DNA of 64,000 nucleotides from Auanema rhodensis. Lineage: Eukaryota; Animalia; Nematoda. The stretch spans positions 18,910,001 through 18,974,000 of the forward strand of contig OZ059897.1 of the NCBI GenBank assembly GCA_964057225.1. The letters run 5' to 3'. Shown one piece after another: positions 36,601 to 51,600 of this stretch (position 1 is the stretch's first letter; the number at the start of each line of letters is the position of its first letter). The translations under genes and the position numbers were made by a program. A model generated the notes under the pieces. The model searched no databases and was not told where the DNA came from. It saw only the letters and a list, made by a program, of their open reading frames with translations.

Positions 36601-39600
36601 ATGGACAATGTTATTCAACGAAAAAATTAATTCTTCAGGGTGAAAATCGAGGATATAAGTGTGAACTTATATCAGTTGATATCTCGGTGCATTTTTAAGC
36701 TAGCGCAAATCTGATAACACAGATCGACGCAGCTTAAAAATCCGCATCGAATGCACTATACTACATTGAGAAACGCTTAATACAAAAATTAGTTATGATC
36801 GTTTGAAAAATGATGCATTAGTGTATGTTGAGTTTCCATGTACACTCAACATTGCTTCCAAAAACATTTTGACAAAAATTTTTTCGAAAAATTTCAAAAT
36901 AATTTAGCAAAAAGTAGATGTTTTAAGATTCCATTTTTCAAGGCAAAGACGATGGACAATGTTATTCAACGAAAAAATTAATTCTTCAGGGTGAAAATCG
37001 AGGATATAAGTGTGAACTTATATCAGTTGATATCTCGGTGCATTTTTAAGCTAGCGCAAATCTGATAACACAGATCGACGCAGCTTAAAAATCCGCATCG
37101 AATGCACTATACTACATTGAAAAACGCTCAATACAAAAATTAGTTATGATCGTTTGAAAAATGATGCATTAGTGTATGTTGAGTTTCCATGTACACTCAA
37201 CATTGCTTCCAAAAACATTTTGACAAAAATTTTTTCGAAAAATTTCAAAATAATTTAGCAAAAAGTAGATGTTTTTAGATTCCATTTTTCAAGGCAAAGA
37301 CGATGGACAATGTTATTCAACGAAAAAATTAATTCTTCAGGGTGAAAATCGAGGATATAAGTGTGAACTTATATCAGTTGATATCTCGGTGCATTTTTAA
37401 GCTAGCGCAAATCTGATAACACAGATCGACGCAGCTTAAAAATCCGCATCGAATGCACTATACTACATTAAGAAACACTTGATACAAAAATTAGTTATGA
37501 TCGTTTGAAAAATGATGCATTAGTGTATGTTGAGTTTCCATGTACACTCAACATTGCTTCCAAAAACATTTTGACAAAAATTTTTTCGAAAAATTTCAAA
37601 ATAATTTAGCAAAAAGTAGATGTTTTTAGATTCCTTTTTTCAAGGCAAAGACGATGGACAATGTTATTCAACGAAAAAATTATTTCTTCAGGGTGAAAAT
37701 CGAGGATATAAGTGTGAACTTATATCAGTTGATATCTCGGTGCATTTTTAAGCTAGCGCAAATCTGATAACACAGATCGACGCAGCTTAAAAATCCGGAT
37801 CGAATGCACTATACTACATTAAGAAACACTTGATACAAAAATTAGTTATGATCGTTTGAAAAATGATGCATTAGTGTATGTTGAGTTTCCATGTACACTC
37901 AACATTGCTTCCAAAAACATTTTGACAAAAATTTTTTCGAAAAATTTCAAAATAATTTAGCAAAAAGTAGATGTTTTTAGATTCCATTTTTCAAGGCAAA
38001 GACGATGGACAATGTTATTCAACGAAAAAATTAATTCTTCAGGGTGAAAATCGAGGATATAAGTGTGAACTTATATCAGTTGATATCTCGGTGCATTTTT
38101 AAGCTAGCGCAAATCTGATAACACAGATCGACGCAGCTTAAAAATCCGCATCGAATGCACTATACTACATTGAGAAACGCTTAATACAAAAATTAGTTAT
38201 GATCGTTTGAAAAATGATGCATTAGTGTATGTTGAGTTTCCATGTACACTCAACATTGCTTCCAAAAACATTTTGACAAAAATTTTTTCGAAAAAATTTC
38301 AAAATAATTTAGCAAAAAGTAGATGTTTTTAGATTCCATTTTTCAAGGCAAAGACGATGGACAATGTTATTCAACGAAAAAATTAATTCTTCAGGGTGAA
38401 AATCGAGGATATAAGTGTGAACTTATATCAGTTGATATCTCGGTGCATTTTTAAGCTAGCGCAAATCTGATAACACAGATCGACGCAGCTTAAAAATCCG
38501 GATCGAATGCACTATACTACATTGAGAAACGCTTAATACAAAAATTAGTTATGATCGTTTGAAAAATGATGCATTAGTGTATGTTGAGTTTCCATGTACA
38601 CTCAACATTGCTTCCAAAAACATTTTGACAAAAATTTTTTCGAAAAATTTCAAAATAATTTAGCAAAAAGTAGATGTTTTAAGATTCCATTTTTCAAGGC
38701 AAAGACGATGGACAATGTTATTCAACGAAAAAATTAATTCTTCAGGGTGAAAATCGAGGATATAAGTGTGAACTTATATCAGTTGATATCTCGGTGCATT
38801 TTAAAGCTAGCGCAAATCTGATAACACAGATCGACGCAGCTTAAAAATCCGCATCGAATGCACTATACTACATTGAGAAACGCTTAATACAAAAATTAGT
38901 TATGATCGTTTGAAAAATGATGCATTAGTGTATGTTGAGTTTCCATGTACACTCAACATTGCTTCCAAAAACATTTTGACAAAAATTTTTTCGAAAAATT
39001 TCAAAATAATTTAGCAAAAAGTAGATGTTTTTAGATTCCATTTTTCAAGGCAAAGACGATGGACAATGTTATTCAACGAAAAAATTAATTCTTCAGGGTG
39101 AAAATCGAGGATATAAGTGTGAACTTATATCAGTTGATATCTCGGTGCATTTTTAAGCTAGCGCAAATCTGATAACACAGATCGACGCAGCTTAAAAATC
39201 CGCATCGAATGCACTATACTACATTAAGAAACACTTGATACAAAAATTAGTTATGATCGTTTGAAAAATGATGCATTAGTGTATGTTGAGTTTCCATGTA
39301 CACTCAACATTGCTTCCAAAAACATTTTGACAAAAATTTTTTCGAAAAATTTCAAAATAATTTAGCAAAAAGTAGATGTTTTTAGATTCCTTTTTTCAAG
39401 GCAAAGACGATGGACAATGTAATTCAACGAAAAAATTATTTCTTCAGGGTGAAAATCGAGGATATAAGTGTGAACTTATATCAGTTGATATCTCGGTGCA
39501 TTTTTAAGCTAGCGCAAATCTGATAACACAGATCGACGCAGCTTAAAAATCCGCATCGAATGCACTATACTACATTAAGAAACACTTGATACAAAAATTA

Positions 39601-42600
39601 GTTATGATCGTTTGAAAAATGATGCATTAGTGTATGTTGAGTTTCCATGTACACTCAACATTGCTTCCAAAAACATTTTGACAAAAATTTTTTCGAAAAA
39701 TTTCAAAATAATTCAGCAAAAAGTAGATGTTTTTAGATTCCATTTTTCAAGGCAAAGACGATGGACAATGTTATTCAACGAAAAAATTAATTCTTCAGGG
39801 TGAAAATCGAGGATATAAGTGTGAACTTATATCAGTTGATATCTCGGTGCATTTTTAAGCTAGCGCAAATCTGATAACACAGATCGACGCAGCTTAAAAA
39901 TCCGCATCGAATGCACTATACTACATTGAGAAACGCTTAATACAAAAATTAGTTATGATCGTTTGAAAAATGATGCATTAGTGTATGTTGAGTTTCCATG
40001 TACACTCAACATTGCTTCCAAAAACATTTTGACAAAAATTTTTTCGAAAAATTTCAAAATAATTTAGCAAAAAGTAGATGTTTTAAGATTCCATTTTTCA
40101 AGGCAAAGACGATGGACAATGTTATTCAACGAAAAAATTAATTCTTCAGGGTGAAAATCGAGGATATAAGTGTGAACTTATATCAGTTGATATCTCGGTG
40201 CATTTTTAAGCTAGCGCAAATCTGATAACACAGATCGACGCAGCTTAAAAATCCGCATCGAATGCACTATACTACATTAAGAAACACTTGATACAAAAAT
40301 TAGTTATGATCGTTTGAAAAATGATGCATTAGTGTATGTTGAGTTTCCATGTACACTCAACATTGCTTCCAAAAACATTTTGACAAAAATTTTTTCGAAA
40401 AATTTCAAAATAATTTAGCAAAAAGTAGATGTTTTTAGATTCCATTTTTCAAGGCAAAGACGATGGACAATGTTATTCAACGAAAAAATTAATTCTTCAG
40501 GGTGAAAATCGAGGATATAAGTGTGAACTTATATCAGTTGATATCTCGGTGCATTTTTAAGCTAGCGCAAATCTGATAACACAGATCGACGCAGCTTAAA
40601 AATCCGCATCGAATGCACTATACTACATTGAGAAACGCTTAATACAAAAATTAGTTATGATCGTTTGAAAAATGATGCATTAGTGTATGTTGAGTTTCCA
40701 TGTACACTCAACATTGCTTCCAAAAACATTTTGACAAAAATTTTTTCGAAAAAATTTCAAAATAATTTAGCAAAAAGTAGATGTTTTTAGATTCCATTTT
40801 TCAAGGCAAAGACGATGGACAATGTTATTCAACGAAAAAATTAATTCTTCAGGGTGAAAATCGAGGATATAAGTGTGAACTTATATCAGTTGATATCTCG
40901 GTGCATTTTTAAGCTAGCGCAAATCTGATAACACAGATCGACGCAGCTTAAAAATCCGGATCGAATGCACTATACTACATTGAGAAACGCTTAATACAAA
41001 AATTAGTTATGATCGTTTGAAAAATGATGCATTAGTGTATGTTGAGTTTCCATGTACACTCAACATTGCTTCCAAAAACATTTTGACAAAAATTTTTTCG
41101 AAAAATTTCAAAATAATTTAGCAAAAAGTAGATGTTTTAAGATTCCATTTTTCAAGGCAAAGACGATGGACAATGTTATTCAACGAAAAAATTAATTCTT
41201 CAGGGTGAAAATCGAGGATATAAGTGTGAACTTATATCAGTTGATATCTCGGTGCATTTTAAAGCTAGCGCAAATCTGATAACACAGATCGACGCAGCTT
41301 AAAAATCCGCATCGAATGCACTATACTACATTGAGAAACGCTTAATACAAAAATTAGTTATGATCGTTTGAAAAATGATGCATTAGTGTATGTTGAGTTT
41401 CCATGTACACTCAACATTGCTTCCAAAAACATTTTGACAAAAATTTTTTCGAAAAATTTCAAAATAATTTAGCAAAAAGTAGATGTTTTTAGATTCCATT
41501 TTTCAAGGCAAAGACGATGGACAATGTTATTCAACGAAAAAATTAATTCTTCAGGGTGAAAATCGAGGATATAAGTGTGAACTTATATCAGTTGATATCT
41601 CGGTGCATTTTTAAGCTAGCGCAAATCTGATAACACAGATCGACGCAGCTTAAAAATCCGCATCGAATGCACTATACTACATTAAGAAACACTTGATACA
41701 AAAATTAGTTATGATCGTTTGAAAAATGATGCATTAGTGTATGTTGAGTTTCCATGTACACTCAACATTGCTTCCAAAAACATTTTGACAAAAATTTTTT
41801 CGAAAAATTTCAAAATAATTTAGCAAAAAGTAGATGTTTTTAGATTCCTTTTTTCAAGGCAAAGACGATGGACAATGTTATTCAACGAAAAAATTATTTC
41901 TTCAGGGTGAAAATCGAGGATATAAGTGTGAACTTATATCAGTTGATATCTCGGTGCATTTTTAAGCTAGCGCAAATCTGATAACACAGATCGACGCAGC
42001 TTAAAAATCCGCATCGAATGCACTATACTACATTAAGAAACACTTGATACAAAAATTAGTTATGATCGTTTGAAAAATGATGCATTAGTGTATGTTGAGT
42101 TTCCATGTACACTCAACATTGCTTCCAAAAACATTTTGACAAAAATTTTTTCGAAAAATTTCAAAATAATTCAGCAAAAAGTAGATGTTTTTAGATTCCA
42201 TTTTTCAAGGCAAAGACGATGGACAATGTTATTCAACGAAAAAATTAATTCTTCAGGGTGAAAATCGAGGATATAAGTGTGAACTTATATCAGTTGATAT
42301 CTCGGTGCATTTTTAAGCTAGCGCAAATCTGATAACACAGATCGACGCAGCTTAAAAATCCGCATCGAATGCACTATACTACATTGAGAAACGCTTAATA
42401 CAAAAATTAGTTATGATCGTTTGAAAAATGATGCATTAGTGTATGTTGAGTTTCCATGTACACTCAACATTGCTTCCAAAAACATTTTGACAAAAATTTT
42501 TTCGAAAAATTTCAAAATAATTTAGCAAAAAGTAGATGTTTTAAGATTCCATTTTTCAAGGCAAAGACGATGGACAATGTTATTCAACGAAAAAATTAAT

Positions 42601-45600
42601 TCTTCAGGGTGAAAATCGAGGATATAAGTGTGAACTTATATCAGTTGATATCTCGGTGCATTTTTAAGCTAGCGCAAATCTGATAACACAGATCGACGCA
42701 GCTTAAAAATCCGCATCGAATGCACTATACTACATTAAGAAACACTTGATACAAAAATTAGTTATGATCGTTTGAAAAATGATGCATTAGTGTATGTTGA
42801 GTTTCCATGTACACTCAACATTGCTTCCAAAAACATTTTGACAAAAATTTTTTCGAAAAATTTCAAAATAATTTAGCAAAAAGTAGATGTTTTTAGATTC
42901 CTTTTTTCAAGGCAAAGACGATGGACAATGTTATTCAACGAAAAAATTATTTCTTCAGGGTGAAAATCGAGGATATAAGTGTGAACTTATATCAGTTGAT
43001 ATCTCGGTGCATTTTTAAGCTAGCGCAAATCTGATAACACAGATCGACGCAGCTTAAAAATCCGCATCGAATGCACTATACTACATTAAGAAACACTTGA
43101 TACAAAAATTAGTTATGATCGTTTGAAAAATGATGCATTAGTGTATGTTGAGTTTCCATGTACACTCAACATTGCTTCCAAAAACATTTTGACAAAAATT
43201 TTTTCGAAAAATTTCAAAATAATTCAGCAAAAAGTAGATGTTTTTAGATTCCATTTTTCAAGGCAAAGACGATGGACAATGTTATTCAACGAAAAAATTA
43301 ATTCTTCAGGGTGAAAATCGAGGATATAAGTGTGAACTTATATCAGTTGATATCTCGGTGCATTTTTAAGCTAGCGCAAATCTGATAACACAGATCGACG
43401 CAGCTTAAAAATCCGCATCGAATGCACTATACTACATTGAGAAACGCTTAATACAAAAATTAGTTATGATCGTTTGAAAAATGATGCATTAGTGTATGTT
43501 GAGTTTCCATGTACACTCAACATTGCTTCCAAAAACATTTTGACAAAAATTTTTTCGAAAAATTTCAAAATAATTTAGCAAAAAGTAGATGTTTTAAGAT
43601 TCCATTTTTCAAGGCAAAGACGATGGACAATGTTATTCAACGAAAAAATTAATTCTTCAGGGTGAAAATCGAGGATATAAGTGTGAACTTATATCAGTTG
43701 ATATCTCGGTGCATTTTTAAGCTAGCGCAAATCTGATAACACAGATCGACGCAGCTTAAAAATCCGCATCGAATGCACTATACTACATTGAAAAACGCTC
43801 AATACAAAAATTAGTTATGATCGTTTGAAAAATGATGCATTAGTGTATGTTGAGTTTCCATGTACACTCAACATTGCTTCCAAAAACATTTTGACAAAAA
43901 TTTTTTCGAAAAATTTCAAAATAATTTAGCAAAAAGTAGATGTTTTTAGATTCCATTTTTCAAGGCAAAGACGATGGACAATGTTATTCAACGAAAAAAT
44001 TAATTCTTCAGGGTGAAAATCGAGGATATAAGTGTGAACTTATATCAGTTGATATCTCGGTGCATTTTTAAGCTAGCGCAAATCTGATAACACAGATCGA
44101 CGCAGCTTAAAAATCCGCATCGAATGCACTATACTACATTAAGAAACACTTGATACAAAAATTAGTTATGATCGTTTGAAAAATGATGCATTAGTGTATG
44201 TTGAGTTTCCATGTACACTCAACATTGCTTCCAAAAACATTTTGACAAAAATTTTTTCGAAAAATTTCAAAATAATTTAGCAAAAAGTAGATGTTTTTAG
44301 ATTCCTTTTTTCAAGGCAAAGACGATGGACAATGTTATTCAACGAAAAAATTATTTCTTCAGGGTGAAAATCGAGGATATAAGTGTGAACTTATATCAGT
44401 TGATATCTCGGTGCATTTTTAAGCTAGCGCAAATCTGATAACACAGATCGACGCAGCTTAAAAATCCGGATCGAATGCACTATACTACATTAAGAAACAC
44501 TTGATACAAAAATTAGTTATGATCGTTTGAAAAATGATGCATTAGTGTATGTTGAGTTTCCATGTACACTCAACATTGCTTCCAAAAACATTTTGACAAA
44601 AATTTTTTCGAAAAATTTCAAAATAATTTAGCAAAAAGTAGATGTTTTTAGATTCCATTTTTCAAGGCAAAGACGATGGACAATGTTATTCAACGAAAAA
44701 ATTAATTCTTCAGGGTGAAAATCGAGGATATAAGTGTGAACTTATATCAGTTGATATCTCGGTGCATTTTTAAGCTAGCGCAAATCTGATAACACAGATC
44801 GACGCAGCTTAAAAATCCGCATCGAATGCACTATACTACATTAAGAAACACTTGATACAAAAATTAGTTATGATCGTTTGAAAAATGATGCATTAGTGTA
44901 TGTTGAGTTTCCATGTACACTCAACATTGCTTCCAAAAACATTTTGACAAAAATTTTTTCGAAAAATTTCAAAATAATTTAGCAAAAAGTAGATGTTTTT
45001 AGATTCCTTTTTTCAAGGCAAAGACGATGGACAATGTTATTCAACGAAAAAATTATTTCTTCAGGGTGAAAATCGAGGATATAAGTGTGAACTTATATCA
45101 GTTGATATCTCGGTGCATTTTTAAGCTAGCGCAAATCTGATAACACAGATCGACGCAGCTTAAAAATCCGGATCGAATGCACTATACTACATTAGGAAAC
45201 ACTTGATACAAAAATTAGTTATGATCGTTTGAAAAATGATGCATTAGTGTATGTTGAGTTTCCATGTACACTCAACATTGCTTCCAAAAACATTTTGACA
45301 AAAATTTTTTCGAAAAATTTCAAAATAATTTAGCAAAAAGTAGATGTTTTTAGATTCCATTTTTCAAGGCAAAGACGATGGACAATGTTATTCAACGAAA
45401 AAATTAATTCTTCAGGGTGAAAATCGAGGATATAAGTGTGAACTTATATCAGTTGATATCTCGGTGCATTTTTAAGCTAGCGCAAATCTGATAACACAGA
45501 TCGACGCAGCTTAAAAATCCGCATCGAATGCACTATACTACATTGAGAAACGCTTAATACAAAAATTAGTTATGATCGTTTGAAAAATGATGCATTGGTG

Positions 45601-48600
45601 TATGTTGAGTTTCCATGTACACTCAACATTGCTTCCAAAAACATTTTGACAAAAATTTTTTCGAAAAAATTTCAAAATAATTTAGCAAAAAGTAGATGTT
45701 TTTAGATTCCATTTTTCAAGGCAAAGACGATGGACAATGTTATTCAACGAAAAAATTAATTCTTCAGGGTGAAAATCGAGGATATAAGTGTGAACTTATA
45801 TCAGTTGATATCTCGGTGCATTTTTAAGCTAGCGCAAATCTGATAACACAGATCGACGCAGCTTAAAAATCCGGATCGAATGCACTATACTACATTGAGA
45901 AACGCTTAATACAAAAATTAGTTATGATCGTTTGAAAAATGATGCATTAGTGTATGTTGAGTTTCCATGTACACTCAACATTGCTTCCAAAAACATTTTG
46001 ACAAAAATTTTTTCGAAAAATTTCAAAATAATTTAGCAAAAAGTAGATGTTTTAAGATTCCATTTTTCAAGGCAAAGACGATGGACAATGTTATTCAACG
46101 AAAAAATTAATTCTTCAGGGTGAAAATCGAGGATATAAGTGTGAACTTATATCAGTTGATATCTCGGTGCATTTTTAAGCTAGCGCAAATCTGATAACAC
46201 AGATCGACGCAGCTTAAAAATCCGGATCGAATGCACTATACTACATTAAGAAACACTTGATACAAAAATTAGTTATGATCGTTTGAAAAATGATGCATTA
46301 GTGTATGTTGAGTTTCCATGTACACTCAACATTGCTTCCAAAAACATTTTGACAAAAATTTTTTCGAAAAATTTCAAAATAATTTAGCAAAAAGTAGATG
46401 TTTTTAGATTCCATTTTTCAAGGCAAAGACGATGGACAATGTTATTCAACGAAAAAATTAATTCTTCAGGGTGAAAATCGAGGATATAAGTGTGAACTTA
46501 TATCAGTTGATATCTCGGTGCATTTTTAAGCTAGCGCAAATCTGATAACACAGATCGACGCAGCTTAAAAATCCGCATCGAATGCACTATACTACATTGA
46601 GAAACGCTTAATACAAAAATTAGTTATGATCGTTTGAAAAATGATGCATTGGTGTATGTTGAGTTTCCATGTACACTCAACATTGCTTCCAAAAACATTT
46701 TGACAAAAATTTTTTCGAAAAAATTTCAAAATAATTTAGCAAAAAGTAGATGTTTTTAGATTCCATTTTTCAAGGCAAAGACGATGGACAATGTTATTCA
46801 ACGAAAAAATTAATTCTTCAGGGTGAAAATCGAGGATATAAGTGTGAACTTATATCAGTTGATATCTCGGTGCATTTTTAAGCTAGCGCAAATCTGATAA
46901 CACAGATCGACGCAGCTTAAAAATCCGCATCGAATGCACTATACTACATTAAGAAACACTTGATACAAAAATTAGTTATGATCGTTTGAAAAATGATGCA
47001 TTAGTGTATGTTGAGTTTCCATGTACACTCAACATTGCTTCCAAAAACATTTTGACAAAAATTTTTTCGAAAAATTTCAAAATAATTTAGCAAAAAGTAG
47101 ATGTTTTTAGATTCCTTTTTTCAAGGCAAAGACGATGGACAATGTTATTCAACGAAAAAATTATTTCTTCAGGGTGAAAATCGAGGATATAAGTGTGAAC
47201 TTATATCAGTTGATATCTCGGTGCATTTTTAAGCTAGCGCAAATCTGATAACACAGATCGACGCAGCTTAAAAATCCGGATCGAATGCACTATACTACAT
47301 TAAGAAACACTTGATACAAAAATTAGTTATGATCGTTTGAAAAATGATGCATTAGTGTATGTTGAGTTTCCATGTACACTCAACATTGCTTCCAAAAACA
47401 TTTTGACAAAAATTTTTTCGAAAAATTTCAAAATAATTTAGCAAAAAGTAGATGTTTTTAGATTCCATTTTTCAAGGCAAAGACGATGGACAATGTTATT
47501 CAACGAAAAAATTAATTCTTCAGGGTGAAAATCGAGGATATAAGTGTGAACTTATATCAGTTGATATCTCGGTGCATTTTTAAGCTAGCGCAAATCTGAT
47601 AACACAGATCGACGCAGCTTAAAAATCCGCATCGAATGCACTATACTACATTAAGAAACACTTGATACAAAAATTAGTTATGATCGTTTGAAAAATGATG
47701 CATTAGTGTATGTTGAGTTTCCATGTACACTCAACATTGCTTCCAAAAACATTTTGACAAAAATTTTTTCGAAAAATTTCAAAATAATTTAGCAAAAAGT
47801 AGATGTTTTTAGATTCCTTTTTTCAAGGCAAAGACGATGGACAATGTTATTCAACGAAAAAATTATTTCTTCAGGGTGAAAATCGAGGATATAAGTGTGA
47901 ACTTATATCAGTTGATATCTCGGTGCATTTTTAAGCTAGCGCAAATCTGATAACACAGATCGACGCAGCTTAAAAATCCGGATCGAATGCACTATACTAC
48001 ATTAGGAAACACTTGATACAAAAATTAGTTATGATCGTTTGAAAAATGATGCATTAGTGTATGTTGAGTTTCCATGTACACTCAACATTGCTTCCAAAAA
48101 CATTTTGACAAAAATTTTTTCGAAAAATTTCAAAATAATTTAGCAAAAAGTAGATGTTTTTAGATTCCATTTTTCAAGGCAAAGACGATGGACAATGTTA
48201 TTCAACGAAAAAATTAATTCTTCAGGGTGAAAATCGAGGATATAAGTGTGAACTTATATCAGTTGATATCTCGGTGCATTTTTAAGCTAGCGCAAATCTG
48301 ATAACACAGATCGACGCAGCTTAAAAATCCGCATCGAATGCACTATACTACATTGAGAAACGCTTAATACAAAAATTAGTTATGATCGTTTGAAAAATGA
48401 TGCATTGGTGTATGTTGAGTTTCCATGTACACTCAACATTGCTTCCAAAAACATTTTGACAAAAATTTTTTCGAAAAAATTTCAAAATAATTTAGCAAAA
48501 AGTAGATGTTTTTAGATTCCATTTTTCAAGGCAAAGACGATGGACAATGTTATTCAACGAAAAAATTAATTCTTCAGGGTGAAAATCGAGGATATAAGTG

Positions 48601-51600
48601 TGAACTTATATCAGTTGATATCTCGGTGCATTTTTAAGCTAGCGCAAATCTGATAACACAGATCGACGCAGCTTAAAAATCCGGATCGAATGCACTATAC
48701 TACATTGAGAAACGCTTAATACAAAAATTAGTTATGATCGTTTGAAAAATGATGCATTAGTGTATGTTGAGTTTCCATGTACACTCAACATTGCTTCCAA
48801 AAACATTTTGACAAAAATTTTTTCGAAAAATTTCAAAATAATTTAGCAAAAAGTAGATGTTTTAAGATTCCATTTTTCAAGGCAAAGACGATGGACAATG
48901 TTATTCAACGAAAAAATTAATTCTTCAGGGTGAAAATCGAGGATATAAGTGTGAACTTATATCAGTTGATATCTCGGTGCATTTTTAAGCTAGCGCAAAT
49001 CTGATAACACAGATCGACGCAGCTTAAAAATCCGGATCGAATGCACTATACTACATTAAGAAACACTTGATACAAAAATTAGTTATGATCGTTTGAAAAA
49101 TGATGCATTAGTGTATGTTGAGTTTCCATGTACACTCAACATTGCTTCCAAAAACATTTTGACAAAAATTTTTTCGAAAAATTTCAAAATAATTTAGCAA
49201 AAAGTAGATGTTTTTAGATTCCATTTTTCAAGGCAAAGACGATGGACAATGTTATTCAACGAAAAAATTAATTCTTCAGGGTGAAAATCGAGGATATAAG
49301 TGTGAACTTATATCAGTTGATATCTCGGTGCATTTTTAAGCTAGCGCAAATCTGATAACACAGATCGACGCAGCTTAAAAATCCGCATCGAATGCACTAT
49401 ACTACATTGAGAAACGCTTAATACAAAAATTAGTTATGATCGTTTGAAAAATGATGCATTGGTGTATGTTGAGTTTCCATGTACACTCAACATTGCTTCC
49501 AAAAACATTTTGACAAAAATTTTTTCGAAAAAATTTCAAAATAATTTAGCAAAAAGTAGATGTTTTTAGATTCCATTTTTCAAGGCAAAGACGATGGACA
49601 ATGTTATTCAACGAAAAAATTAATTCTTCAGGGTGAAAATCGAGGATATAAGTGTGAACTTATATCAGTTGATATCTCGGTGCATTTTTAAGCTAGCGCA
49701 AATCTGATAACACAGATCGACGCAGCTTAAAAATCCGGATCGAATGCACTATACTACATTGAGAAACGCTTAATACAAAAATTAGTTATGATCGTTTGAA
49801 AAATGATGCATTAGTGTATGTTGAGTTTCCATGTACACTCAACATTGCTTCCAAAAACATTTTGACAAAAATTTTTTCGAAAAATTTCAAAATAATTTAG
49901 CAAAAAGTAGATGTTTTAAGATTCCATTTTTCAAGGCAAAGACGATGGACAATGTTATTCAACGAAAAAATTAATTCTTCAGGGTGAAAATCGAGGATAT
50001 AAGTGTGAACTTATATCAGTTGATATCTCGGTGCATTTTAAAGCTAGCGCAAATCTGATAACACAGATCGACGCAGCTTAAAAATCCGCATCGAATGCAC
50101 TATACTACATTGAGAAACGCTTAATACAAAAATTAGTTATGATCGTTTGAAAAATGATGCATTAGTGTATGTTGAGTTTCCATGTACACTCAACATTGCT
50201 TCCAAAAACATTTTGACAAAAATTTTTTCGAAAAATTTCAAAATAATTTAGCAAAAAGTAGATGTTTTTAGATTCCATTTTTCAAGGCAAAGACGATGGA
50301 CAATGTTATTCAACGAAAAAATTAATTCTTCAGGGTGAAAATCGAGGATATAAGTGTGAACTTATATCAGTTGATATCTCGGTGCATTTTTAAGCTAGCG
50401 CAAATCTGATAACACAGATCGACGCAGCTTAAAAATCCGCATCGAATGCACTATACTACATTAAGAAACACTTGATACAAAAATTAGTTATGATCGTTTG
50501 AAAAATGATGCATTAGTGTATGTTGAGTTTCCATGTACACTCAACATTGCTTCCAAAAACATTTTGACAAAAATTTTTTCGAAAAATTTCAAAATAATTT
50601 AGCAAAAAGTAGATGTTTTTAGATTCCTTTTTTCAAGGCAAAGACGATGGACAATGTTATTCAACGAAAAAATTATTTCTTCAGGGTGAAAATCGAGGAT
50701 ATAAGTGTGAACTTATATCAGTTGATATCTCGGTGCATTTTTAAGCTAGCGCAAATCTGATAACACAGATCGACGCAGCTTAAAAATCCGCATCGAATGC
50801 ACTATACTACATTAAGAAACACTTGATACAAAAATTAGTTATGATCGTTTGAAAAATGATGCATTAGTGTATGTTGAGTTTCCATGTACACTCAACATTG
50901 CTTCCAAAAACATTTTGACAAAAATTTTTTCGAAAAATTTCAAAATAATTTAGCAAAAAGTAGATGTTTTTAGATTCCTTTTTTCAAGGCAAAGACGATG
51001 GACAATGTTATTCAACGAAAAAATTATTTCTTCAGGGTGAAAATCGAGGATATAAGTGTGAACTTATATCAGTTGATATCTCGGTGCATTTTTAAGCTAG
51101 CGCAAATCTGATAACACAGATCGACGCAGCTTAAAAATCCGCATCGAATGCACTATACTACATTAAGAAACACTTGATACAAAAATTAGTTATGATCGTT
51201 TGAAAAATGATGCATTAGTGTATGTTGAGTTTCCATGTACACTCAACATTGCTTCCAAAAACATTTTGACAAAAATTTTTTCGAAAAATTTCAAAATAAT
51301 TCAGCAAAAAGTAGATGTTTTTAGATTCCATTTTTCAAGGCAAAGACGATGGACAATGTTATTCAACGAAAAAATTAATTCTTCAGGGTGAAAATCGAGG
51401 ATATAAGTGTGAACTTATATCAGTTGATATCTCGGTGCATTTTTAAGCTAGCGCAAATCTGATAACACAGATCGACGCAGCTTAAAAATCCGCATCGAAT
51501 GCACTATACTACATTGAGAAACGCTTAATACAAAAATTAGTTATGATCGTTTGAAAAATGATGCATTAGTGTATGTTGAGTTTCCATGTACACTCAACAT

